In this document: positions 37,153 through 48,169 of the stretch, piece after piece
How the letters are laid out: each line of letters opens with the position of its first letter
How positions within the stretch are numbered: position 1 is the stretch's first letter
Source: an uncultured virus (IMG/VR IMGVR_UViG_3300030390_001438)
Lineage: Duplodnaviria > Heunggongvirae > Uroviricota > Caudoviricetes > Crassvirales
DNA: 64,000 bases
Virus record (IMG/VR): IMGVR_UViG_3300030390_001438
Strand: one strand, 5' to 3'
The notes under the pieces: model-generated
Databases searched by the model: none
What the model was told of the DNA's origin: nothing
The model's input: only the letters and a program-made list of their open reading frames with translations
Program-made: the position numbers and the translations under genes

Positions 37153-38193
37153 TTATGGTGTTATACAGTTTCCAGAAGAAACCACTACTCCTCTTCTAAC
37201 TCCAATATAAGAACTTGAAGCTTGTAATGAGTAGTATTGAATTGTTGCTGTGTCGTTTAAATAGGTTGAACCATTGCTTGTAGTAAATACAAAGTTTCCA
37301 ACATTAGGAGTTGTATTAGTATCTACCGTAAAAGGAAGTGTAGGCCCTGTAGCATTTCTTGCGAAAAATAAAGTTTGAGAGTCTGCTCCACAATTAGGTA
37401 TGCCATTAGTAGCTCCTGACGCTGTAAATGATGGTAATGCTGTAGGACAATCTACTTCCCACCTAAAAGCTGTTCCACACAGGGGTGCGGCAAATAATAT
37501 ACCTGCTAAAGTTGGAGTAGCTCCTGTTTTAGGAAAGACTAAAGTAAATACTGGAGAAGGAATTGTGGACGCATCAGTAGCAAATCCAACCTGATTATTT
37601 GTTACAGTAACACTTTGAAAAGTACCTTGTGCTACATAAGCTCCACTTGTAAATGAATAATCTTGAGGTTTATCACCTTGACTACATGCTCCTGAAGGAG
37701 TTGTGGTGTAGCTACCAACTAACCCTGCATTTTGATTACCAACATACGTAGGTAGCTGTGTACCTTGATTATTCTGACCTGCATAATCAACAGTTGCTCC
37801 TGTTCCGTCAACTAAAACTACTCCATTATGATTGTCTTTTGCAGTTAGTCTATTATGAAAACCAGTATTATAAGTTACCAATACTCCATCAGGAATACTT
37901 CCTCCTAAAAAACATCTTAATATAACTGCACCCGTAGAGTTAGCTAAATCAACTTGAGCTTGAAACCATCCGTTTTGATTATTAACAGAAGCAGTAACTC
38001 CATCCCCACAAGCCACTGCACATGAATCACATGATTGTGCGTTTAACAAAATTCCATTTAATTGCTGTCTAACAATACCTGCATTAGAATAAAAACCATC
38101 AGGCGCAAGAGTGGTTAATGTTGCATTTGTATATATAGCAGATGCAGTAGAGAATGATGTTCCATTAAAATAATATATTCCTAATTGTGCCAT
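37153..38193 (-). CDS. Cys-containing structural protein
   Basis: T/G/N-rich; modules similar to C-terminus of 38203-42990. Confidence 0.55.
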   Translation of the reverse strand: MAQLGIYYFNGTSFSTASAIYTNATLTTLAPDGFYSNAGIVRQQLNGILLNAQSCDSCAVACGDGVTASVNNQNGWFQAQVDLANSTGAVILRCFLGGSIPDGVLVTYNTGFHNRLTAKDNHNGVVLVDGTGATVDYAGQNNQGTQLPTYVGNQNAGLVGSYTTTPSGACSQGDKPQDYSFTSGAYVAQGTFQSVTVTNNQVGFATDASTIPSPVFTLVFPKTGATPTLAGILFAAPLCGTAFRWEVDCPTALPSFTASGATNGIPNCGADSQTLFFARNATGPTLPFTVDTNTTPNVGNFVFTTSNGSTYLNDTATIQYYSLQASSSYIGVRRGVVVSSGNCITP

Positions 38194-38202
38194 TTTATTT
38201 TT

Positions 38203-41200
38203 TTAACAATTAATTATTTGAGTTACTAAACCACCTGTACCTACTTCCATATACTGAGTGCTTGAAATTTTATAGTAACCTAAAGGTAATAAATTTACTA
38301 TTCCTAAATTACTATCTTCACAATTTGAACTCGTATAAACCGAACTTCCCACTATTGGCACTGCATTACTTCCGTTATTGTGATAATAAATGCTTGCTCT
38401 AACTAAATTACAAGCATCTTGAGGTTGCTCTGTTACAGTACTTGCAATAAATGCAGTACAACTCCATGTACACAAACAACATGCATCATTAGCTGAATTT
38501 GCATCATAACATAATTGTTGTGCTGCAATTTCTCTTACATCATATATAACATACAAATATTGATTACCTGTAGGTAAACTTAAATTTGATACAGTTGCTA
38601 AATTAATATCTGGAGATGGACTTGTCACTTCACTATTAGCTATTGTAGTTGCTGCGGCTAATAAAGACGTTACTCCTGCAGGTGTGTTTGGATATAAAGT
38701 ATTAGAAGATAAGTATTTAAAATTATCTTCAGGGTAATTCCAATTAAATGTATCAAAGTTAACCTTGTTAACTCTAATAGTGAAATCTACTCCATCGTAA
38801 GGAAAAGTTCCTTGTGATCTTAAACCTGTTTGACTATTATAAAAACTAAATATATTGTTATTAGATCCTAACGTTGCCATGTCACTATCAATAGGACTAT
38901 TTGATGTAGTGTCTTGCCAATTGTATTCTACATGTATAGTTTGTCCGCTGTTAGTACTTGAATTTATTAAACACTTAAATACTGTTAAAGAAATTCCGTT
39001 TACACATAAAGGTGTAATAGTGAAAGTTGATTTAGTATTTGGAGTAATAGTTATTGTTGCTGTTGTAGGTGAAGCTGAGGATTTTGTCCAAGGAAAGTTT
39101 CCAGATCCTGTAACGCCTCCTGAATTAAAATTATTACCATTCCAGCTAATGTTTATAGTTACGTTACCTGTTACATTATAAGCTACGCTTGTACCTCCAA
39201 TTAGAGATCCAAAATCATAACTATAAGAAACTGCTTCAGTTTGATCAGTAAAATTTAATTCGACACCACAAGCTAAAATTGGTTGAGGTACTGGTACTGA
39301 ACTTAAATTAGTACCTAATACATACTCATCCATATAAGGATCGTATCCCCCTATTTTTTGTGTGTTAAGTTGAAAATTCCATTGATCTCTAAACCAAGAT
39401 CTCATACCAAAATCAGAAATAACTTTTAATCTGTCATTAACTGAATTTCCAAGAAGCTCTATTACTGCTCCTCTTTTGGTGTCTGTAAAATAAAAATAAG
39501 CTCCATAGTTTGCAAAACTTTCAGGATTGTAACTAATACCATATTCTTCTACACGAGCAATTTGAGTTCCTAAAACTTGAGGTACAGATACAATAGCACC
39601 TCCTCCAGTAGAGTCACTAATAATGTTTTTAGAAGCAAGTACATAGCTTATTCTATCTTCTTGCAGGGTTAAAATATCTGTTTCTCTTGCAAACAATAAT
39701 TGTATTGGCCCAAAAGAAGTTTCTAAAGTTTTAAAATTAGCTAATCCTAAATTAAATTCATTTAAATTATTTATCCCTGAACTACTACTATATACTCCAC
39801 TGTACGTTAAATCAGCAAATCTATCTGTTTCTTTAAAATCTTGTTGAGATGCTGCTAATCCTCTTTGACCCATCACTACAGATCTTCCTGCTATTCTATC
39901 TAAAAATTTAAAACTCTCTACACCATTACCAAAGGTATAACAATCCATAAAATCTAAAGTAACTATAGCTGGTTGAGTTAAAGTTTGATTTTGATCTCCT
40001 GCATCCGTATCATTATCTGATTGATGTAACATATTTCCTGTACCTCCATCTCTAACTAAAGGTAATGCTCTCGATGCATCAAAGTAAATTTCCTCATTTG
40101 CATCAGCTGGTTCTGTTTCAAAAACTAATACTGAATTAGCTCTTTGTACAATTATATCAGCTCTAACAACCATACTTTTACCAGCTATAAAATCAGGTAC
40201 TCCAATTCCTCCACATCTAACTCCTAACCATAAAGGACTGGTTACATCTCCTGGAGTTGCTTGTATAAATTGAAAATTCATACTAAACTTTCCATCACAG
40301 TCCGTATTATCACCTCGTTGATAAGTTCCGCTTGAGCCTGTTATACTTGGATCAATACCAGAGCCTGAAGGTGTAGCGTATGATGAAAAATAAACACCAA
40401 GACAATCCACGCCTACACAGGAATCTGCTTCAAGATCAACATTACTTGCTGTCCAAAAATCTCTAAAATCATTAAAAGTTTCAGAAGCAACAAATGTTTT
40501 TTCTAATCTCCAACTTCTTTCGGGTGCGCCAAATTTATTATCTGGTCTTTTAAATTCAAATTTAACTTCTATTATTGAACCACCTGGAATATTATAATTT
40601 GCAGTAGTATTAGCAGTTGAGTCATACGTGAATAACGGATAAGATAAAGCCCATACATTGTTACAAGTTACCCCACTTCTATCACTTCTTTTTCTTTCTC
40701 CATAATCTATTATAGCATCATTACTAATTTCAATACTAAAATTAGAAGCTTTAAGCTGCATGTAAAGTCCTGCTAATTGCTCAGAGTCCTCTCCAAGCTC
40801 TTGTTCTCCATTTAAAAAATTAGAACTTTGAGCTTCAACAGCTAATACAGTTGTTTCAACTAAAGATGTTAATGCTCCTCCAGTATCTCTTTTTACAATA
40901 ATTCTATCTCCTGTTTGTACTTTATTAGTATTATCTCCCTCTAATTTAAAATGAGTTACATTATCAAAAGGATTGGTGTAAAAGAAATTTGTATATATTG
41001 TTTCATATCCTGTTTTACTTGGCTTTACTACAAATTTATATTTAGTTGCCCAAACAGGAGCATAGTTGTTTACTGTTACTTGAATTCTGTTTTTATTAAC
41101 ACTTGACGCAGGAGGAATATAAATAGTATTGTACTCAGCAACTAATACTGTAGAGGCTCGAGCATATTCATCCATATACACCAGACCTGTTTCAAAATCT

Positions 41201-42990
41201 CTATTACTATGTAAACTATTTTTATTTACATCACTACTGTACTGAACATTAAATCTAATGAATCTAAAGTATTCATACATGTCACTTGTAACACCACCTG
41301 TAGTGTTACTATACTTCATTGCCAAAAGTTGAATTGTAAATGAAGATGAACCAGGAGTACCAGAAATTTTAAATCCTTGCTGAACGGTAGGAGATGTCAC
41401 ACTACTTATGTTTTTTGAAAAAGCACATGTAATTTGTGGCGGAACTAAAGCCGCATTAAATCTATCTGTAAGAGAAAAACCTTGATCGGCTGTTGCCATT
41501 GGTTCAAAGTTTACACTTTCAACAGTTCCAATTGCATTTTCAAAATCAGATGATGAAACAAAATCAAATGTACTGCTATAATCTTGTGTAAGGTTTATTA
41601 CTACACCTATTGAAGTATCTGCAGTTTTAAAACCAGCATTATCATCATAACAAGAAGTAGAAGTAGTTCCATTTATTAATGCATGCTCAAAAGTAATATT
41701 GAATGAAATCTGTGAACCTTTTTTTAATTGATCTTGTATTTCAGCTAAATTTACAGTTGCCAAAGAGTTTGGTACTGTCGTTGCAGTTGCAACGTTTATA
41801 GTATAATTTACACCTGTTGAAAAAACAGGGCCAACTAAATTATTAAAATCTAATGTAGTCTCAAATAAAACTGTAGAAAAGTCTAAAGGTATATTCTGCT
41901 TACGACTATTAACTATATCAAAACCATCACTATAATTTCCATATATTAATCGGTTACCCATTATTGTTTGAGCTTGCGCTTTTAAAGGAACATTATCGTA
42001 TAACCTTAGTAATTCATCTGCACCAATAACTGAATATATTTTACTATTGGTAAAAACATATTCTTGTTCAGAGTTATCTGCCCATCCGTAATCTTCTTTT
42101 TTAAACCTTTCAATTACATATATACTGTTAGTATTTGAATCTTTATAAAGTAAATCTATTTGAATAACCCTGTCACTACCTGTACTAAATTGTACTTTAG
42201 CTCCATTGAAATTATTAGACATACCTGCATTATCATAACTTCTTGTATCAAACCTAAAATTACCAGGCTGAAAAGCTGGTAAAGTAAATAATGATGTAGC
42301 ACTATATTCATTGTTTAAATATTTATATCTATATGCAAAACTTACAAACCTATCTTCTAAATAATTTTGTCCTCCAGCCGCATTAATTAAACTAAATGTA
42401 GGAGCTGCTAAAGGTATAGTTCCAGACGCTGTTAGGTCTTCGAACCCTGGTGGTTTTAATATTACGGAAATATCTTCTTCTTCTATACCATCTACATTAC
42501 CTGTAGGAAAGTCATAATTGCTTGATACATTAATTCTTCTTGGAGGATTTTTTCCATCTGTAAAAAACAATAACTGTTCAATTTTGTTTACACCTGTTAT
42601 TAAAAACTCTGGGTCAAACTTTAAAACGTCTAATGTTATTACATGATATCTAAGTTGATTGTTTTGTGTATTAAAGGAAACAATCATATCTACAGTATCA
42701 TCTGCAGCTACTGGATTTTCTGGGTCATGTACAAACCAATACATTGTTTCTAACTGACCATCGTCAAATGCTCCAAGACATCTGGCTTTAGCAGATAAAG
42801 GTTGACCTCCAAAACTTAATGTTGTTAAAGAACTGTTTCCTCTTGAATTTTCTACAGCACCTATTTCGGTATTTTCAGTAGAACCTAAACGTACGTTTAT
42901 AGCATCAACATATTCACCTGGTGGAAGAAGTCTTTCATCCACAGCTTTATTCATTCTACCTGCAATAAAATTTGTAGTTACTATTGGCAT
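38203..42990 (-). CDS. Tail stabilisation/nozzle protein
   Basis: F..G.MNK..DERL.P.GEY.DA.N start; LFFTDG.NPPRRIN; synteny. Confidence 0.7.
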   Translation of the reverse strand: MPIVTTNFIAGRMNKAVDERLLPPGEYVDAINVRLGSTENTEIGAVENSRGNSSLTTLSFGGQPLSAKARCLGAFDDGQLETMYWFVHDPENPVAADDTVDMIVSFNTQNNQLRYHVITLDVLKFDPEFLITGVNKIEQLLFFTDGKNPPRRINVSSNYDFPTGNVDGIEEEDISVILKPPGFEDLTASGTIPLAAPTFSLINAAGGQNYLEDRFVSFAYRYKYLNNEYSATSLFTLPAFQPGNFRFDTRSYDNAGMSNNFNGAKVQFSTGSDRVIQIDLLYKDSNTNSIYVIERFKKEDYGWADNSEQEYVFTNSKIYSVIGADELLRLYDNVPLKAQAQTIMGNRLIYGNYSDGFDIVNSRKQNIPLDFSTVLFETTLDFNNLVGPVFSTGVNYTINVATATTVPNSLATVNLAEIQDQLKKGSQISFNITFEHALINGTTSTSCYDDNAGFKTADTSIGVVINLTQDYSSTFDFVSSSDFENAIGTVESVNFEPMATADQGFSLTDRFNAALVPPQITCAFSKNISSVTSPTVQQGFKISGTPGSSSFTIQLLAMKYSNTTGGVTSDMYEYFRFIRFNVQYSSDVNKNSLHSNRDFETGLVYMDEYARASTVLVAEYNTIYIPPASSVNKNRIQVTVNNYAPVWATKYKFVVKPSKTGYETIYTNFFYTNPFDNVTHFKLEGDNTNKVQTGDRIIVKRDTGGALTSLVETTVLAVEAQSSNFLNGEQELGEDSEQLAGLYMQLKASNFSIEISNDAIIDYGERKRSDRSGVTCNNVWALSYPLFTYDSTANTTANYNIPGGSIIEVKFEFKRPDNKFGAPERSWRLEKTFVASETFNDFRDFWTASNVDLEADSCVGVDCLGVYFSSYATPSGSGIDPSITGSSGTYQRGDNTDCDGKFSMNFQFIQATPGDVTSPLWLGVRCGGIGVPDFIAGKSMVVRADIIVQRANSVLVFETEPADANEEIYFDASRALPLVRDGGTGNMLHQSDNDTDAGDQNQTLTQPAIVTLDFMDCYTFGNGVESFKFLDRIAGRSVVMGQRGLAASQQDFKETDRFADLTYSGVYSSSSGINNLNEFNLGLANFKTLETSFGPIQLLFARETDILTLQEDRISYVLASKNIISDSTGGGAIVSVPQVLGTQIARVEEYGISYNPESFANYGAYFYFTDTKRGAVIELLGNSVNDRLKVISDFGMRSWFRDQWNFQLNTQKIGGYDPYMDEYVLGTNLSSVPVPQPILACGVELNFTDQTEAVSYSYDFGSLIGGTSVAYNVTGNVTINISWNGNNFNSGGVTGSGNFPWTKSSASPTTATITITPNTKSTFTITPLCVNGISLTVFKCLINSSTNSGQTIHVEYNWQDTTSNSPIDSDMATLGSNNNIFSFYNSQTGLRSQGTFPYDGVDFTIRVNKVNFDTFNWNYPEDNFKYLSSNTLYPNTPAGVTSLLAAATTIANSEVTSPSPDINLATVSNLSLPTGNQYLYVIYDVREIAAQQLCYDANSANDACCLCTWSCTAFIASTVTEQPQDACNLVRASIYYHNNGSNAVPIVGSSVYTSSNCEDSNLGIVNLLPLGYYKISSTQYMEVGTGGLVTQIINC

Positions 42991-42994
42991 ATTT

Positions 42995-43918
42995 TTATTT
43001 TATCCATTTATCTTTTCCTCTCAAATTCATCAAGAGGCGTCCAGGGTGTATGTTACTTAATCTTAATTTTGCATTTCTTAAAAGAGAAGATTTGTCTTTT
43101 CTTGCTCTACTTACAATATATTCCTGAACTCCAATCCTGCCATTTAAAATAGCAAAACGGATATATGCATATATAAATTCTTCAAATAATTTATTTACAC
43201 TAACAGCTGAGTCATTTCCATTTTCCATTCCGTCAGAAACATATTCTAAAACTATAGACATTACGCCACCAGCAGAACTGAAGTTTATTACTCCACCTTT
43301 TTTATCTATAGTAAACACAGGGTTTACATTAGCAGTTTCAGTATTTAACCCAAATCTTGCTCCTACTGCATAATCAAAATAAAAACACCCATCTACATTA
43401 TATCCTTCTTCTCCATCAAAAAGACTGTTAGAGTTTAAATAAATACTTCTTGCTCCTGATGTTATTCTTGCTAAATCTACCTCACTATCCTGTGCGCTAA
43501 GAACATTTCCATTTTGATCAAATAATAAATTAGAATTGTTATCTTGTAAATATGCAGAAGCAAAACTTGTCTGAATGTTTTCAGTTAATGGAAGTAAAAC
43601 TCCATTTTTCCATTGAGATATTCTTACAAAATTAACATAGTCAGAAGGTAAAATAAATCTATAGTTACTATCTAAATCTAATTGTAATATTTTAATTTCT
43701 TTTAAAGCGTCATAGTTTAATTCTTGTATTCCACGTTTTGCATGGAATAACACTTGAAATCTATTTAAGTTATTTACTAATTCATGATTACCTTGATAGA
43801 TAAGCATAAAATTATTTACTATGTCTTCTAATGTTATATACTGATATGACCCCCAATTTTCATCATTAGGGTTTACATCGTTATTAGTATAATATTGATA
43901 TTGATTTATATATGCCAT
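42995..43918 (-). CDS. Tail tubular/adaptor protein
   Basis: LPSDYVNFVRIS; synteny. Confidence 0.6.
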   Translation of the reverse strand: MAYINQYQYYTNNDVNPNDENWGSYQYITLEDIVNNFMLIYQGNHELVNNLNRFQVLFHAKRGIQELNYDALKEIKILQLDLDSNYRFILPSDYVNFVRISQWKNGVLLPLTENIQTSFASAYLQDNNSNLLFDQNGNVLSAQDSEVDLARITSGARSIYLNSNSLFDGEEGYNVDGCFYFDYAVGARFGLNTETANVNPVFTIDKKGGVINFSSAGGVMSIVLEYVSDGMENGNDSAVSVNKLFEEFIYAYIRFAILNGRIGVQEYIVSRARKDKSSLLRNAKLRLSNIHPGRLLMNLRGKDKWIK

Positions 43919-43919
43919 C

Positions 43920-44894
43920 TTAACTTGTTTCTTGTGTGTCTAATGTTTCTTCTCCTGATGCAAACGCAACCACATCTCCCTCTCTAATTTCTACCCCAGC
44001 GTATTGTAATATTTTAATTACTAAATTAGGTTCATCAGAATCAGGAAGTTCAAACGACTGATATAAAGGATCAGAAGCATTGAATATAGGATCATTTCCA
44101 GAGGTTTCTAAATAAGTCCAATTAGGTGTAAACGGATATCTAATATACTGAGTAACCACTTGACCTATTTTATTAATTGTAATAGGATAAACCTTAGCCG
44201 CTGCCGCATCCTGAGTAAATGCAGGGTAAGTTAAAGTTGGCTTTGTTAAAAGAGAATTATCCAAAAGTGTAATTTTAGAATGAGTTACCTTTTCCGCTTC
44301 GACAATATTATTAGCTGAATATATGTTATAAGTTTTTCCAACAGCATTCCATACAGTTATTGCTGGCGTTGCGAACACTAAAAGATTAGTTGCGCTTACA
44401 ACTTGTGAAACTACTGTGTTGTAAACCACTCCTCCTGTAATAGTAGAAACTATATCTCCTACAGCTACTCCTGCTACGATAAAGTCTGCTGTAGTGTCGT
44501 TTACCGCTGTAGAACCACCATTGGTCGAAGTTGTTACTCCTGCCGCTAATTCTTTATTAAAGACGATCATCTTATTAATTAAATAATAGTCAGTAGGCAA
44601 AGTATATAAATTAGACTGTATATTTCCTACTTGAGTTACAGCAGAATTTAATAAAGGCCCGTCAACATAAAAGGTGTCAATAACCTCTTCTAATCCTTCT
44701 ACAATATTTGCATAACCTGTTCCTGAAGTTCTTTGGTTTTCTCTGTTAATCCAATTATTATATTGGTAAAAGTAATCCTCAAACATATCCATTTGTGCTT
44801 GTAAACAATACAAATTAAAATCTTGAGGGGAAAGGTATCCGTAATTGTTTTTATTGAGTACAGCTAATACTGTATTTCTTACAGAATTTATCAT
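43920..44894 (-). CDS. Head-tail adaptor/ring protein with inserted domain
   Basis: LNKNN.GY..P..FN..AQ, LPTDY, YIRYP..P.W; promoter at 44910-44917. Confidence 0.6.
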   Translation of the reverse strand: MINSVRNTVLAVLNKNNYGYLSPQDFNLYCLQAQMDMFEDYFYQYNNWINRENQRTSGTGYANIVEGLEEVIDTFYVDGPLLNSAVTQVGNIQSNLYTLPTDYYLINKMIVFNKELAAGVTTSTNGGSTAVNDTTADFIVAGVAVGDIVSTITGGVVYNTVVSQVVSATNLLVFATPAITVWNAVGKTYNIYSANNIVEAEKVTHSKITLLDNSLLTKPTLTYPAFTQDAAAAKVYPITINKIGQVVTQYIRYPFTPNWTYLETSGNDPIFNASDPLYQSFELPDSDEPNLVIKILQYAGVEIREGDVVAFASGEETLDTQETS

Positions 44895-44919
44895 CGATTT
44901 CTTTTTCTACAAAGATAAC

Positions 44920-44953
44920 AAAAAAAAAAGAGGCCTATTTTTTTAAGCCTCTT
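44920..44953 (-). terminator. Rho-independent terminator
   Basis: AAGAGGC/GCCTCTT stem plus long T-run on - strand. Confidence 0.75.
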
Positions 44954-44977
44954 GTTTTAGTTGGTTGTAATAGAATG

Positions 44978-45532
44978 CTAAGCTTTAGCAATATTTAGTA
45001 TTAAACTCGAAGGCAAAGCCCAAGAATATCTTACTAAAGGCCAAGGTTGAACCAAAGACTCAGTAACTGCGTCTTCAAAACCATCTCTTACAGCTTCGTT
45101 ACCTGCGGCTACTGCTGCATGTGTAATTTTAACTCTAATACCACTTGCTCCACAATACTGAATATTTACTTCACTATTAATTGGATCTGCAGATGCATTT
45201 TCAACAACTACTACTCCGTCAGAAGCAATTAATTGTTTAGAAGATGCGGTAGCTGAATAAATAATATAGTTTTTACCTGTATCTAAACCTGTTCCTAAAG
45301 TTGCACCAATAGCTACTAAAGATAAAGTGTTAGCGTCTACAACAGATGCAACAGTATACATTCTGTCATCTGAAGTATCGTGAACCACATCTCCAGGGTT
45401 TACTACACCGCCTGTAAAGGTAGCAGAACCATCTTGTAACTCAAGGTTACCTGTTTCGTCTACTGTCGTTGTTCCAGTCGCGACTGTGTCTTGAACTTTG
45501 ACTTCAACATATTTTTGCATAGAACTATACAT
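44978..45532 (-). CDS. Structural protein, paralog of 45532-45810 with an insertion
   Basis: Shared KQ.....V..VE.AS...ITHAA......RD...A pattern. Confidence 0.65.
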   Translation of the reverse strand: MYSSMQKYVEVKVQDTVATGTTTVDETGNLELQDGSATFTGGVVNPGDVVHDTSDDRMYTVASVVDANTLSLVAIGATLGTGLDTGKNYIIYSATASSKQLIASDGVVVVENASADPINSEVNIQYCGASGIRVKITHAAVAAGNEAVRDGFEDAVTESLVQPWPLVRYSWALPSSLILNIAKA

Positions 45533-45810
45533 TAAGCTATAGAGATTCCGCTAACTGCGCTGCTTGGAATAAAATCCACTGCTACTGAAGTCCAGCCTGT
45601 CGCAAGGGCTGCTACAATAGCGTTTTGCAATTCGTCTCTCATTTTTTCACTACTTGCACCAATTGCTGCGTGTGTAATAGTCACAACTTTACCTGAGCCA
45701 TAAGCTAAAGATACAGTTGTTGTAGAAGCTTGCTCTACTAATTTAACGTCCAGTATTGAAACAATTTGTTTTTGTTCACCAGTTACTGGGATTTGTAAAA
45801 ATTTTTCCAT
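45532..45810 (-). CDS. Small structural (decoration-like) protein
   Basis: Start MEKFLQ downstream of TATCTTTG at 45842-45849. Confidence 0.65.
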   Translation of the reverse strand: MEKFLQIPVTGEQKQIVSILDVKLVEQASTTTVSLAYGSGKVVTITHAAIGASSEKMRDELQNAIVAALATGWTSVAVDFIPSSAVSGISIA

Positions 45811-45856
45811 AATAATAATAAAATTAAGGGTTAATAAAGTACAAAGATACAAGTTA

Positions 45857-46612
45857 TTATTTATTGCTGTTTAAGCGTTTTTTTAACAACTTATATGTTT
45901 CAATCCCTTCGTCAGTTTGAAATAAAGAAGCCACAATATAATATGGGTCTTCACCAAATGGTACAGTTAATAGTTTGGTTTTATTTTTTGGTAGATTAAA
46001 GTAAACATCTTTACCTGCATTTTTCATTGTTAAAAATGAATTGTTAAAAAACTGAACAACATCATTTGTCAATTCCAACATAGGATCATTTAATGTTTCT
46101 ATAAAGTCAAACGGATCATTTTGTGCATAAACCATTACGTCTCTTTTTATTTCTGCCGTAGACATACGATCAACACTTGCTCCTATTAAAACTCTTGCTA
46201 CCGCTAATAAGTTATCACCTTTTAATTCTTTAGCTTGAATCATTGCTTCTACAGCTTGTTCTACTATTTCTAATTCTTCAGATGCATCACGAGCTTTATC
46301 TACTGCTTCGTATACTCTTCCGTTAGAAGGATGATAGTGTAAAAATTTTTGTAATACTTGATTTTGTTTTGGAACAAATAACATTCCATCTTCAAATACA
46401 ATTGGTTCTAATACTGCATTTCCATCTTGCTCGTCTTCAAACGGGCTTTTTTGGTTTCTTGCATATCTTAGTGGTCTGTTAATTCCTTTATCTTCATCGA
46501 AGTATAATAAAGGTGAACGTTTTGAGTGGCGAGAAGCCAACATATAACTTAAAGGCGCACGCTCTTGAATTAGTCTATAAGCTACGTCTATATACTTTTG
46601 TGTTTTTTTCAT
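45857..46612 (-). CDS. Protein downstream of capsid gene, function unknown
   Basis: 251 aa; synteny. Confidence 0.65.
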   Translation of the reverse strand: MKKTQKYIDVAYRLIQERAPLSYMLASRHSKRSPLLYFDEDKGINRPLRYARNQKSPFEDEQDGNAVLEPIVFEDGMLFVPKQNQVLQKFLHYHPSNGRVYEAVDKARDASEELEIVEQAVEAMIQAKELKGDNLLAVARVLIGASVDRMSTAEIKRDVMVYAQNDPFDFIETLNDPMLELTNDVVQFFNNSFLTMKNAGKDVYFNLPKNKTKLLTVPFGEDPYYIVASLFQTDEGIETYKLLKKRLNSNK

Positions 46613-46642
46613 TTGATATAATTTAAATTTAATTTAAAATAA

Positions 46643-46670
46643 TTACCCCCGTCTTTGCAACGAGGGTAAA
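46643..46670 (-). terminator. Terminator after major capsid gene
   Basis: TTACCC..CG/CG.GGGTAA stem followed by A/T-rich tract. Confidence 0.6.
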
Positions 46671-46683
46671 TATTACTTACTTA

Positions 46684-48150
46684 TTATGCATCTTGAAATA
46701 AGAAGAAGTTGTTTGCTCCTAAGACACAAACAGCTCTTTCAGTCAAGAAGTTTACTTCCATAGCATCTAAAGAAGATGTTTTTGCTCCACCAGCAGAACC
46801 AGTGATCCAAGTTTTATATCTTCTATCTTCAGTTTCAGAAGCTCTGTAACGAACATGTAAGAAAGGACGCTTAGCATTCTTTCCTAAGATTTGATCGTAA
46901 ACTGTAGTTGAACCAGCAGGAACTAATAGTCCGTTGATTGCTCCACCTACAAGACCGCCTCTCATTGTTGGGTCGTTAAGATATTTCCAGTCAGACTTGT
47001 AAAAGTCATAACCTCTTCTAAATCCTGAGAATCCAAGATTTAAAGCCATCTCTTCATCATTATCAAATAAACCATATGAAGTACCACCAGCTCCGTAAGA
47101 GTTTTGTGCTGCTAACATATCGTCAATGTCAAATGAAAAGTCTCTATTTACAAAAAGAACATTTTCTTCAATAGCTCCTTGCTTGTCTAATCTTTGAATA
47201 ATAGAATCAAATTCAGAAAGTACTGTTGGATTACCTCCACCAAATACATTTCCTCTTTGTCCTACTACAAAGAATACACCTTCAGAACCATTTAAGTTTG
47301 CTGCTGAGTTACCAGCTGCAACTCCTTGGAAAAAGTCTCCTGCTCCAGAAGTAGCTTCTGCAGGTACAGCTTCAATCATAGCTGTCTCCATGTAGTCTTC
47401 AAAACGTAATCTTGTGTCATGCTCAGATTTTAAATACCATAGGTATCCGCTTACGCCATCTTCACCTGATACTTCGATCCATCCAATTTGAGCCATATCA
47501 GAACCAGAAACAGAATATTTGTCTTTGATAATGATTGGTTTGTTATCGAAAATAAAGTCATCAGCTTCATTAGATCCTACCATACCATCAGTTCCTTTGT
47601 TAAATTCAGAACCATAGATAAAGATATCACACGATACTCCAGCTGCCATAGTTTGTCCAGTTGCTTCATAGTAAGCAATTGTTACAACGTTTGGCGCACC
47701 AGCTGTAGGTGCTACTGTAATTACACCTTTGTTAGTTAAATTTGATCCAGGTGTTTTGTCAGAGACCATTACTGTTTGTCCAACTCTTAAAGACGCTGTA
47801 TTAGGCGTTCCACCTAATGCAGGGTTAAAGTTAGTAACGTTGTTAGGAATAGTCCATACAGCGGCTCTTGTTGCTGCTCCAGCTGCCGAAGCAGATGTGC
47901 AATTTTGATATTTTACATGCAATCTTCCTTGCTCAGCCCATTTAATAAGGTCAGAGTTAGAAGGCATTTCAGCTCCTACCAATCTAAGGAAGGAGGATAC
48001 GCTTCGATTACCATATCTTTCAAACTCTTTTTCATAAGTGTCAGGTAAATACTGATTTAAGAAATTGAAGTCTGTAATATAGTTGCTTTCCAACGGCACT
48101 TGTTGTGCTGAAGGTTGTAAGTCGAAACCAGGGGTTACATTTACTGCCAT
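46684..48150 (-). CDS. Major capsid protein
   Basis: 488 aa after portal and scaffold, followed by terminator; resembles capsids of Bacteroidota podoviruses (by eye). Confidence 0.8.
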   Translation of the reverse strand: MAVNVTPGFDLQPSAQQVPLESNYITDFNFLNQYLPDTYEKEFERYGNRSVSSFLRLVGAEMPSNSDLIKWAEQGRLHVKYQNCTSASAAGAATRAAVWTIPNNVTNFNPALGGTPNTASLRVGQTVMVSDKTPGSNLTNKGVITVAPTAGAPNVVTIAYYEATGQTMAAGVSCDIFIYGSEFNKGTDGMVGSNEADDFIFDNKPIIIKDKYSVSGSDMAQIGWIEVSGEDGVSGYLWYLKSEHDTRLRFEDYMETAMIEAVPAEATSGAGDFFQGVAAGNSAANLNGSEGVFFVVGQRGNVFGGGNPTVLSEFDSIIQRLDKQGAIEENVLFVNRDFSFDIDDMLAAQNSYGAGGTSYGLFDNDEEMALNLGFSGFRRGYDFYKSDWKYLNDPTMRGGLVGGAINGLLVPAGSTTVYDQILGKNAKRPFLHVRYRASETEDRRYKTWITGSAGGAKTSSLDAMEVNFLTERAVCVLGANNFFLFQDA

Positions 48151-48169
48151 TTTTTTTAATTTTTAATTG

